64,000 bases of DNA from Methanomassiliicoccales archaeon. Its GTDB lineage: Archaea; Thermoplasmatota; Thermoplasmata; Methanomassiliicoccales; JAAEEP01. Both the position numbers and the translations under genes were made by a program. How positions within the stretch are numbered: position 1 is the stretch's first letter; each line of letters starts with the position of its first letter. Below the pieces are notes generated by a model. It worked only from the letters and a program-made list of their open reading frames with translations, did no database searches and had not been told where the DNA came from. Of this stretch, positions 7,563 through 15,414 are shown in pieces. The stretch lies in the NCBI GenBank assembly GCA_046540255.1, contig JBKHFJ010000002.1, positions 42,616 to 106,615 of the forward strand, written 5' to 3'.

Positions 7563-8776
7563 AGGCCCTGATCCTCGCCGCCGGGGAGGGGACCAGGCTG
7601 AGGCCGCTGACCTCCAACATACCCAAGCCCATGCTGACGGTGGCCGGGAAGCCCTTCATCTCCCACCAGGTGGAGGCCCTGATCTCCCTGGGCATAAGGG
7701 AGTTCGTGGTCCTGGTGGGCTGGAAGAGCAACCGGGTGAAGGAGTTCCTGCTGGAGGAGTATCCCGAGGTGGACATGGAGTTCCTGGAGCAGGGGGAGCG
7801 GTTGGGGACCGCCCATGCCATAGGCAGGGCCAGGGAAACCATGGACCGGCCGTTCCTCTGCCTGAACGGGGACCTGGTCCTCTCCCGGGAGGACCTCTCC
7901 GCCCTGATGGACGTTCACCGCCGGACCGGGGAGCCGGTGATGGGGGCGGTGAACGTGGAGTATCCCAGGAGGTTCGGTGTCCTGGATCTGGAGGGGGAGC
8001 GCCTGAGTCGCATCGTGGAGAAGCCCTCGGATCCCCCCAGCCATCTGGTGAACGCCGGGGTGATGCTCCTCACCCCCGAGGTGTTCGACGCCATCGACCG
8101 CACCCCCAGGTCCGTGAGGGGGGAGTACGAGATCACCGACACGCTCAACTCGATCGCCCCCGGCGTCCTGGTACACCGCCTGACCGGCGACTGGATGGAC
8201 GTGGCGCATCCCTGGGAGCTCCTGGAGGCGAACCGGATGCTCATGTCCAGGCTATCCAGTTCCGTGACGGGCGAGGTGGAGGAGGGCGCCCACCTGCACG
8301 GCCAGGTGCTCGTGGAGGAGGGGGCCAGGGTGAGGTCGGGGAGCTACATCGAGGGGCCGGTCCACATCGCCTCGGGATGCGACATCGGCCCCAACGCCTA
8401 CCTCAGGCCGAACACCTGTCTGGGCAGGCGGGTCCGGGTGGGCGCGGCCTCCGAGGTGAAGAACTCGATCGTTCTATGCGACACCCGCATACCCCACCAC
8501 AACTACGTGGGCGACTCCGTCCTGGGGGAGAGATGCAACCTGGGCTCCGGGACCAAGGTGGCCAACCTGAGATTCGACGGCCTCACCGTACAGGTCATGG
8601 AGTCGGGTCGGCCGATGGACACCGGCAGGAGGAAGCTGGGGGCGATCATGGGGGACGACGTGAGCACCGGCATCAACAGCATGATCGACGTGGGCACGGT
8701 CGTATTCGAGAACTCGATAATAGGCCCCGGGGCCAGGGCCTCGGGGACGATCTCCCCCGGAAGCATGATCCTCTAG
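7559..8776 (+). CDS. glmU: Bifunctional sugar-1-phosphate nucleotidyltransferase/acetyltransferase (GlmU-like)
   Basis: MKALILAAGEGTRLRPLT nucleotidyltransferase N-terminus plus a C-terminal left-handed beta-helix with hexapeptide repeats. Start ATG 7559 overlaps the glmM stop. Confidence 0.8.
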   Translation: MKALILAAGEGTRLRPLTSNIPKPMLTVAGKPFISHQVEALISLGIREFVVLVGWKSNRVKEFLLEEYPEVDMEFLEQGERLGTAHAIGRARETMDRPFLCLNGDLVLSREDLSALMDVHRRTGEPVMGAVNVEYPRRFGVLDLEGERLSRIVEKPSDPPSHLVNAGVMLLTPEVFDAIDRTPRSVRGEYEITDTLNSIAPGVLVHRLTGDWMDVAHPWELLEANRMLMSRLSSSVTGEVEEGAHLHGQVLVEEGARVRSGSYIEGPVHIASGCDIGPNAYLRPNTCLGRRVRVGAASEVKNSIVLCDTRIPHHNYVGDSVLGERCNLGSGTKVANLRFDGLTVQVMESGRPMDTGRRKLGAIMGDDVSTGINSMIDVGTVVFENSIIGPGARASGTISPGSMIL

Positions 8777-9147
8777 ACCACTTTCAGCTCCTTCTCCCTC
8801 CCGTTGTAGTCGTAGGCCCTCCAGGAGGACATGTCGTATGGGAGGCAGGTGATGATGTGGGTGTTCCCGTACCTGCCGAACAGGTTGACGTCCGCCCTGG
8901 AGGGGCGGTTGCTGCGGGAAGGGTGGGAGTGGGCGGTGCCCACCACGCTGAGGTCGATGGGCATCATGTTCAGCATCAGGGTGCCGGACCTGGTGCCCTG
9001 TATGGTCCCTGGGAGGAGCATGACCTCGGTGATCACCCCCTTCTCCGCCCGCAGGGTGGCTACGAACTCCCGGGGGTAGATCTCCCGGGCGGACTCGTTG
9101 ACCATCTCCAGGACCTCCCTCTCCACGGCCCACACCTTCCTCCTCAT
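8773..9147 (-). CDS. JAMM/MPN+ metalloprotease-domain protein
   Basis: HSHPSRSNRPSRAD is the H-x-H-x7-S-x2-D JAMM motif, with an upstream Glu (REFVATLRAE). ATGA overlap with the NAD kinase stop. Confidence 0.8.
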   Translation of the reverse strand: MRRKVWAVEREVLEMVNESAREIYPREFVATLRAEKGVITEVMLLPGTIQGTRSGTLMLNMMPIDLSVVGTAHSHPSRSNRPSRADVNLFGRYGNTHIITCLPYDMSSWRAYDYNGREKELKVV

Positions 9148-9950
9148 AGCGACCCCATCAGCTTCTCCCTGGTCCGAGAGTAGAAGTTGCTCTCCAGGCG
9201 AACGAACTCGGCCTCGTTCTCGGAGCGGGTGAACTCGATGGACCGGCTGCCGTCCACGGGCAGCTCGTCCTGGCCGTCCACCACCAGCACGCAGGGCCTG
9301 CGGCGGACCAGATCGATACGGATGGTGCTGTCCGCCGGGACCACGAAGGGTCTGGCGGAGAACTTGAAGGGCGCCATGGGGGCGATGACCAGGGCCTCTA
9401 CGTTGGGGGCCACGATGGGTGCCCCGACGCTCATGGCGTAGCAGGTGGACCCGGTGGGGGTGGCCACGATCACCCCGTCCGCCCTGGTATCCACCACCAG
9501 CTCGTCGTCCACGTATACCCTGAACTGCCTGATCTTTGCTATGTGGGCGGTGTGCACCACCGCCTCGTTCATGGCGTCCTGGCAGCGCTTGCCGCCCATC
9601 ACCGTCTTCAGCTTCAGCCGCCTCTCCAGGATGTAATCCCCCCGGAGCACCCTGCGCAGGCTCTGGGGAATCTCCTCCCGGGGTATCTCGGTGAGGAAGC
9701 CCAGCACCCCGGCGTTGATCCCCAGCACCGGGGCGTCGTTCAGCTGGAGGGCCCGCAGGATGGTCCCGTCACCTCCCACCGTCACCAGGATGTCCACGTC
9801 CATGTTCTCCACCTTCTCCCCGTGAGTGCCCAGGTGGGAGGCGATGGAATCCTCCATGGTGACCTCCTGGTCCCCCAGCCCGTTCAGCACCTCCCTGCAT
9901 ATCTTCAGGGAGTCCGGGACATGGATGTTGGCGGTGAGACCGAATCTCAT
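9144..9950 (-). CDS. nadK: NAD kinase
   Basis: VTVGGDGTILRA (GGDGT motif), NxGxLGFLTE, and a C-terminal ATPTGSTCYAMSVGAP. Start taken at MRFGLTANIH (9950), which overlaps the stop of the IMPase gene (tcat). The upstream part of the track ORF is junk. Confidence 0.85.
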   Translation of the reverse strand: MRFGLTANIHVPDSLKICREVLNGLGDQEVTMEDSIASHLGTHGEKVENMDVDILVTVGGDGTILRALQLNDAPVLGINAGVLGFLTEIPREEIPQSLRRVLRGDYILERRLKLKTVMGGKRCQDAMNEAVVHTAHIAKIRQFRVYVDDELVVDTRADGVIVATPTGSTCYAMSVGAPIVAPNVEALVIAPMAPFKFSARPFVVPADSTIRIDLVRRRPCVLVVDGQDELPVDGSRSIEFTRSENEAEFVRLESNFYSRTREKLMGSL

Positions 9951-10720
9951 ATGATCACCCCTGAGACCTCCCTTCCGCTCACGGCGGCGAAGTTGTTCCT
10001 CTCCTCCAGGTTGAAGCGCATGTCCAGCGGCCGGCCGTCCAGGTTCAGCACCTCTCCCCCCGCCTCCCTGAGCACCAGGGTGCTGGCGGCGATGTCCACC
10101 ACCCGGATGCTCTTGTCGTAGCGCTCGCAGTTCATGTAGTAGGCGTCCACCATCCCGAGGGCCACCATGCACATCTCCAGCGAGGCGCATCCCAGGGACC
10201 TGGTCCTCTCCGATGCCTTGGCCACGTGGATGGTGGCGTCGCTGGCCCACCGTCCCATGTACACCAGGAAGAGGGAGTTGGCCGGATCGAACTCCCTCAC
10301 CCGTATCCTCTCCCCGTCCAAGTAGGCCCCCTTCCCCTCCTCGGCGTAGAAGGTCTCCCCGCTCACCAGGTTCTGCACCAGTCCCATGTGGACGTCCTGA
10401 AGGGAGCGGCGTCCCAGGGCCAGGGAGACGCTGAAGAAGGGGAGCCCCATGATGGCGTTGTTCGTACCGTCTATGGGGTCCACCACCAGGGTGACCTCCT
10501 CCCCCCGGTCCACGAATCCTATCTCCTCGCTGAGTATGTTCACCGGGAGCTCATTCTCCCTGACGTAACGCACCACCTCGTCCTCAGCCAGCTTGTCGAT
10601 GTCCGTGGTCGGGGTCCCGTCCGCGCCAACGGAGAGCTCCCTACCCCTGTCGTAATCCATGGGTAGCCCGTCCACTATGCCCTTCACATGCGCGGAGATG
10701 CGCTCTAGCTCTCTCCTCAT
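9947..10720 (-). CDS. suhB: Inositol-monophosphatase/FBPase family phosphatase
   Basis: SEEIG...VVDPIDGTNNAIMGLPFFSVSLAL and the C-terminal part match IMPase-family metal-binding motifs. Start at MRRELERISAHV (10720) within the long track ORF 9947-11758. Confidence 0.85.
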   Translation of the reverse strand: MRRELERISAHVKGIVDGLPMDYDRGRELSVGADGTPTTDIDKLAEDEVVRYVRENELPVNILSEEIGFVDRGEEVTLVVDPIDGTNNAIMGLPFFSVSLALGRRSLQDVHMGLVQNLVSGETFYAEEGKGAYLDGERIRVREFDPANSLFLVYMGRWASDATIHVAKASERTRSLGCASLEMCMVALGMVDAYYMNCERYDKSIRVVDIAASTLVLREAGGEVLNLDGRPLDMRFNLEERNNFAAVSGREVSGVII

Positions 10721-10798
10721 CGTCCTCAAGATGGTCACAGGGACTATTTTACTTCTGCATCCGACAGATAGAGGGAAATGGTAGTTCCTTGAATCTAG

Positions 10799-11734
10799 GT
10801 GCGGGACGGAGGGGAGGCGACGGTGGACACCGATGGTATACACAGGTTCGGCGGGGAAGAGGGCTGGGAGGAGGCCTTCCAATTCGGTCTCCAAGACAGT
10901 GGGAACGATCTCTCCGGGTTCATGAGGGTGGGGTTGGTCCCCAACCTGCACAGGAAGAACGTGTTCTGCCTCCTGCTGCTTCCGGACGGCGGAGCGGTGG
11001 GCATGAGGAGGGAGGTGCACTTCGATTCCACCGAGCTCAGTGCCGGCGGACTGGTCTTCCAGAGTATCATCCCGGAGGAACGGTGGAAGCTGATGTTCAA
11101 CGGGACCATGCCCGACATGACCGGGAGGAGGGGATCCAGGAAACGCACCTCCCTCCTGCTCGATTTCGAGGCAGGCGGCCCGGTGTTCGATCACCGGGAG
11201 TGCGGATCCTCCTTCCACCATGTACTGTCCGAGGGATCCTACGAGCAGGTGGAGCAGCTGGGAACGATCAGTGGCTCCGTGGAGGTGGCCGGCACCGATT
11301 ACCAGGTGCAGGCGGTGGGGGCGAAGAGCCACTCCTGGGGGGTCAGGTCCCCCTCGGCCGACATGGAGCGGACCTGGATCTCCGCCCTGCTCACCGACGG
11401 GACCGGGTTCTCCCTCACCGCAGTCCGGGTGGGAGAGGAGGAGGTGATGAGCGGCTTCCTCCTCACTGAGGGGGAGAACCATCCCATGACGGACGGGCTG
11501 ATGGTCACCAGGATAGGGGATTCGGGGGAACCCCTGGGCTTCGAGGTGGTCATGAACCACGCAGAGGGTTCCGAGGAGGCGAAGGGCGAGGTTATGAGGA
11601 GTGTGGCTATGGAGCTCTCCCACCCCGAGACAGTCTCCAGAGTCTTTCACAGCGTTTCCAAATTCAGCATGAGTGAGAGGTCCGGTTTCGGGTTGGGCGA
11701 ATACCTGGTCGCTAGAAGTGGAGCGAACCGATAG
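10799..11734 (+). CDS. Hypothetical protein (311 aa, beta-rich, ..AKSHSWGVRS.. motif)
   Basis: GC3-rich ORF with a GTG start at 10799. It is divergent from the IMPase operon. No family recognised confidently. Confidence 0.5.
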   Translation: MRDGGEATVDTDGIHRFGGEEGWEEAFQFGLQDSGNDLSGFMRVGLVPNLHRKNVFCLLLLPDGGAVGMRREVHFDSTELSAGGLVFQSIIPEERWKLMFNGTMPDMTGRRGSRKRTSLLLDFEAGGPVFDHRECGSSFHHVLSEGSYEQVEQLGTISGSVEVAGTDYQVQAVGAKSHSWGVRSPSADMERTWISALLTDGTGFSLTAVRVGEEEVMSGFLLTEGENHPMTDGLMVTRIGDSGEPLGFEVVMNHAEGSEEAKGEVMRSVAMELSHPETVSRVFHSVSKFSMSERSGFGLGEYLVARSGANR

Positions 11735-11945
11735 TCCATGTTTCCAAGAGTCGTCCATACCGCATCAACGGTTCTTTCACCGTTGCCCCTACGAGGACCA
11801 ATGCGAATGACCAGCGAAATTGCCTTCGGACATCGTTTCGGAACCCCGTATATTCATTACGTCCGACCGTTCATGCGCGGTGACCGTAGTAACCGATATG
11901 GAAACGCGGGATACAGATTTTTAGGAAGTTGAGTATTAAAAAGGC

Positions 11946-13001
11946 ATGGGGTACAGAAACATGCTGTCCAAGGAGCGTTTCATTGGTGCCCTAAACCTGG
12001 AAAGGGTAGACAGGGTGCCGGCCCTCTACCAACAGTTATCGGCAGGAGATCATCCTCTTAACCACGCAGGGCTTACCATAAGGGAAGGGTTTAACAGTCC
12101 CGAGAAGTTTGCCAAGATATGTATAGCCCAGATCAATCTCTTCCACTTCGACAACCTTATGGCCTTCTGGGGCGACATCCTGATGTAAGCCCAGGCCTTT
12201 GGGACCAAGATTGAGTTCGAGGATGATGAGTACTATCCCAAGTCCGTGAAATACGGGGTGAAGAACCAAGGGGACGTGGATTCCCTGGAGGTGGTGGATC
12301 CATTGGAGGACCTAATTTGGTCGGTGCCCTTGAAGGCGGCCGCCATAATGAGCTCCGAGGTAGGGGATAGGGTAGCAGTCCTGGGAGGATTGAACTCCCC
12401 GTTCGTGGTCGCCAGCGAGGTATGGGGATATGAGAGATTCCTGATATCCCTGATCAAGCAGCCGGACACGGCGAAAGAGTTGCTAGAGAAGATCTCGGAA
12501 TCCCAAAGGATCTATGCCGATCACCTTGCGGATTACTCAGGGGTGGGGTGCTGCACCATCCAAGACTCCAGCGCCGGCAAGGATCAGAACAGTCCAGACC
12601 TGTGCAAAAAGTTCGATATCGGCTACTGCAAGAAGGTAGTGGAGAGGTTGAAGCGGAACGGGATCAAAGTGATCGTACAGAACAGCGCAGTATCCCCTTT
12701 TCTGGAGGACCAGCTGGATATACTCGCCCCCCATGCCCTGCATTTCGATCTGAACCAGGTGGTGCCCGAGGATCTGATCTCGCGGGCGAAGGATACCTGC
12801 CTCATTCCTGGTCTAGACCACAACAAGCTGATCTACACCGGCAGCGAGAGTGAGATCAAAGAATCAGTGAGGAAGGCCATCGAGGCGTTCCAGGGGAGGA
12901 AGGGACTGATGATCGCCCCCGCGGCTGAAATGCCCTTCGATACGCCCATGAGAAACGTAAAAGCATTACTCTCCGCTGTGAGAGAGTACGGTGACTACTG
13001 A
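11946..13001 (+). pseudogene. Uroporphyrinogen-decarboxylase-family (MtaA/CmuA-like methyltransferase) gene interrupted by an in-frame TAA
   Basis: Track ORFs 11946-12188 and 12246-13001 are in the same frame. The 19 codons between them (AQAFGTKIEFEDDEYYPKS) read through cleanly and look like the conserved family region. The only stop is TAA at 12186-12188. Confidence 0.7.
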
Positions 13002-13050
13002 GACCACGGTAATGGGGACTATTGAATGGGCTCTTGGAGGCACGAACCAT

Positions 13051-13305
13051 CTAGGATCTTTTGAACATCCGTCCAAGACCCGCCTCGTTAACCAGCTTCC
13101 TGAAGCTAAATTGCGAGGTGTACACCTCGGTCAGCCTCTTGGCATTATCCGGGGAGACCCCATTGATGATCAGCTGTCGGTGGAACTCGCGCCCCGCCCG
13201 TTTCACCTTCCGCTTTCCCTTGAGGTAGGAGAATCCGAGATGGAGAAGTAGGGATGGAAACCGGGACACCAACACCAGGACCGCCGATCCGTCATCTCGG
13301 TTCAT
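13051..13305 (-). CDS. Hypothetical small basic protein (84 aa)
   Basis: ORF overlapping the upstream 118-aa gene by 14 nt on the same strand. No domain recognised. Confidence 0.4.
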   Translation of the reverse strand: MNRDDGSAVLVLVSRFPSLLLHLGFSYLKGKRKVKRAGREFHRQLIINGVSPDNAKRLTEVYTSQFSFRKLVNEAGLGRMFKRS

Positions 13306-13648
13306 GTCCCAATTCTTCCATCTCCCTCTCCATCTCCTTCCTGATCTTCTCCTTGACCATCTTGCTGATGTCGTCCTCCTCGCGGTGTCCCTTCATGAAC
13401 CCCTGGATCATGCTTCCCAGGCTCATGGAGGACATGTATTCCTTGGTCAGGGCGTAGGCCTGTTCGCTGCTCATCCCGCTCTTGATCAGGGCGGAGTAGA
13501 AGGAGGCCACCGCCTGACCCATCTTCTCCCCCTCCTCCTGGTCGTAGAGCACCTTGGTTATGCTCTCAAGCAGTGCGGGCACCGTGTCGGAGAGCACCTC
13601 CATGACGCCCTTCAGCTCCTTTACATCCTTCAGATCCTCGTCTTCCAT
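13292..13648 (-). CDS. Hypothetical acidic helical protein (118 aa)
   Basis: Clean ORF (MEDEDLKDVKELKGVMEVLSDTVPALLESITKVLYDQEEGEKMGQAVASFYSALIKSG...). Coding-like GC3 bias. No domain recognised. Confidence 0.55.
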   Translation of the reverse strand: MEDEDLKDVKELKGVMEVLSDTVPALLESITKVLYDQEEGEKMGQAVASFYSALIKSGMSSEQAYALTKEYMSSMSLGSMIQGFMKGHREEDDISKMVKEKIRKEMEREMEELGHEPR

Positions 13649-13835
13649 CTACTGCCGTGCTCCCGATAGAGGTCGAGCAGCCTGAAGTACCGGTTCACGA
13701 TCTCCTGGAACCTCAGGATGTGGTCGGAGAGCTCCGAGTAGGGCGGGCCACCTCCCTCAGGGCCTCCTCCAGCCTACCGATCCTCTCCGACAGGTCCTCC
13801 AGACTCTCGCCGCCCCCGGAATCCTCCTCGGTCAC
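13630..13835 (-). pseudogene. Unlisted small coiled-coil ORF (about 68 aa if repaired) with a 1-nt frame break
   Basis: GTG 13835 opens VTEEDSGGGESLEDLSERIGRLEEALREVA. From about 13740 the coding-like frame changes and reads PYSELSDHILRFQEIVNRYFRLLDLYREHGSRWKTRI, with its stop at 13630-13632. Both parts are GC3-rich. The length is 206 nt (3n+2). The break falls at G-run 13741-13743. Confidence 0.3.
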
Positions 13836-13860
13836 TGCCCGGAAATGGGCGATGGTAGGA

Positions 13861-13867
13861 TTAATAT
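13861..13867. promoter_or_regulatory. Shared TATA-like element (TTAATAT) of a bidirectional, probably leaderless promoter
   Basis: It lies 25 nt before the flpA ATG (13892) and 26 nt before the GTG at 13835 on the other strand. Confidence 0.35.
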
Positions 13868-13891
13868 GTTGGCCATCCTCTTCTCGGAAGG

Positions 13892-14551
13892 ATGCCTGAT
13901 ATCAGGGAGAGCCGCCTTCCAGGGGTGTACACCGACGGCAACAGGCTCTTCACCCGCAACCTGGTCCCCGGGGAGCGGGTGTACGGGGAGAGGCTGTTCA
14001 CCCAGGATAGAACGGAGTATCGGGAGTGGAACCCCAGGAGGAGCAAGCTGGCCGCCTACATCATGCTGGGGGGGGAGTACCTGCCCCTCTCCGGGGACAG
14101 CAGGGTGCTCTACCTGGGCGCTGCCAGCGGCACCACCGCCTCCCACGTCTCCGATCTGGTCCCCCGGGGCACGGTCTACTGCGTGGAGTTCTCCAGACGC
14201 TCCTTCAGGGACCTGGTGGGGGTATGCGAGTCCAGGGGGAACATGGTGCCGATACTGGCCGATGCTTCCCTCCCCTCCGGATTCGGCTTCGCCCTGGACA
14301 GGGTGGACTGCGTCTACCAGGACATCGCACAGAGGAGGCAGGTGGACATCCTCTGCAGGAACATGAGGTTCTTCCGCTCCCCACGGGCCCTCCTGGCCCT
14401 CAAGTCCCGCTCGGAGGACGTCTCCGCCACCCCCAGGCGCATCTTCGAGAGGGCCCAGGAGAGACTCCGGGAAGAGGGGATGAGGGTGGAGGACCTCCGC
14501 CCCCTGGATCCGTACGAGGGGGACCATGCCATGATCGGGGTGAGCAGGTGA
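13892..14551 (+). CDS. flpA: Fibrillarin (rRNA/tRNA 2'-O-methyltransferase)
   Basis: GVYTDGNRLFTRNLVPGERVYGERL...EYREWNPRRSKLAA...VLYLGAASGTTASHVSDL is the canonical archaeal fibrillarin sequence. Confidence 0.92.
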   Translation: MPDIRESRLPGVYTDGNRLFTRNLVPGERVYGERLFTQDRTEYREWNPRRSKLAAYIMLGGEYLPLSGDSRVLYLGAASGTTASHVSDLVPRGTVYCVEFSRRSFRDLVGVCESRGNMVPILADASLPSGFGFALDRVDCVYQDIAQRRQVDILCRNMRFFRSPRALLALKSRSEDVSATPRRIFERAQERLREEGMRVEDLRPLDPYEGDHAMIGVSR

Positions 14552-14877
14552 GGACGGTTTACGGGGTGGGGATCGAAGGGGAGAGATTCCTGATGGTCTT
14601 CAATCCCGCCAGGGGCGGCTGGGAGATGCCCGGCGGTCACGTGGAGGAGGGGGAGACCCCGAAGGAGGCGGTGATCAGGGAGTTCAGGGAGGAGGCCGGA
14701 CTGATCTTCCATCCGGAGAAGAGGTTTGAAAGGGGAGAGGTCACCGTCTTCGCGGGCAGGCTGGGCGGACCGGCGGGGAGGGGGGAGATGACCTGGGAAC
14801 TGTTCAAGGAACTCCCGGGGGAACTGGCCTTCCCGGAGGAGGAGTACCGGGAGGTGATCGATTGGGCCACCCGTTAA
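14548..14877 (+). CDS. NUDIX hydrolase
   Basis: Nudix box GGHVEEGETPKEAVIREFREEAGL. The GTG start at 14548 overlaps the flpA stop (GTGA). The upstream part of track ORF 14026-14877 lies out of frame inside flpA. Confidence 0.7.
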   Translation: MRTVYGVGIEGERFLMVFNPARGGWEMPGGHVEEGETPKEAVIREFREEAGLIFHPEKRFERGEVTVFAGRLGGPAGRGEMTWELFKELPGELAFPEEEYREVIDWATR

Positions 14878-14952
14878 CGGGAAACCTGCAAGACTTATAT
14901 AGTTGGAGTCTTATTGGCTCGTACCCCGCACGGTTCAGACGGGAGGATGAAA

Positions 14953-15408
14953 ATGGCCCGTATGCATGCCAGGACAAGAGGGAGTTCAGGTTCGCACCGA
15001 CCACTCGTGGAGGAGAGCCCCGAATGGGTGCCGCTCAGCAACGAGGAGATAGAGGAGCGCATAGTGAAGATGGCCAAGGACGGCGTCACCTCTGCCAGGA
15101 TAGGGCTCATCCTTAGGGACCAGTACGGGGTCCCCTCTGTCAAGCTGGCCCTGGGCAGGAGCATCACGGAGGTCATGGAGGAGAACCAGGTGCAGCCCCG
15201 ACTGCCGGAGGACCTGATCTCCCTGATGAGGAAGGCCATCAACCTCAACGAGCATTTGAAGGAGAACCCGAAGGACACCGCCAACCGGCGCAACCTCCAG
15301 CTGGTGGAGTCCAAGATCAGGCGCCTGGCCGCCTACTACAAGGGACAGGGCACCATCCCCCAGGGCTGGAAGTACTCACTGAGGACCGCGGAGCTACAGA
15401 TAGAGTGA
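14953..15408 (+). CDS. rps15: 30S ribosomal protein S15 (uS15)
   Basis: MARMHARTRGSSGSHRP... and the C-terminal KDTANRRNLQLVESKIRRLAAYYK are typical. GGGAGGA lies before ATG 14953. Confidence 0.9.
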   Translation: MARMHARTRGSSGSHRPLVEESPEWVPLSNEEIEERIVKMAKDGVTSARIGLILRDQYGVPSVKLALGRSITEVMEENQVQPRLPEDLISLMRKAINLNEHLKENPKDTANRRNLQLVESKIRRLAAYYKGQGTIPQGWKYSLRTAELQIE

Positions 15409-15414
15409 GGCGCG

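Noticed and set aside
11766-11785. Hairpin CAACGGT-TCTTTC-ACCGTTG, 32 nt after the stop of 10799-11734, as a terminator or ncRNA.
   Set aside because: No T-tract follows it, and nothing else in the 211-nt gap folds into a recognisable RNA family. The evidence is too weak to call.
12186-12188. Read-through of the in-frame stop in the methyltransferase-like gene as pyrrolysine.
   Set aside because: Pyrrolysine is encoded by TAG and this codon is TAA. MtaA/UroD-family proteins are also not the Pyl-containing methyltransferases.
13657-13899. An 80-aa plus-strand ORF between the small-protein operon and flpA.
   Set aside because: It is Ser/Pro/Leu-rich and lies antisense to a minus-strand sequence with much better codon bias (the frame-broken small ORF). 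It would also run through the flpA promoter and start codon.
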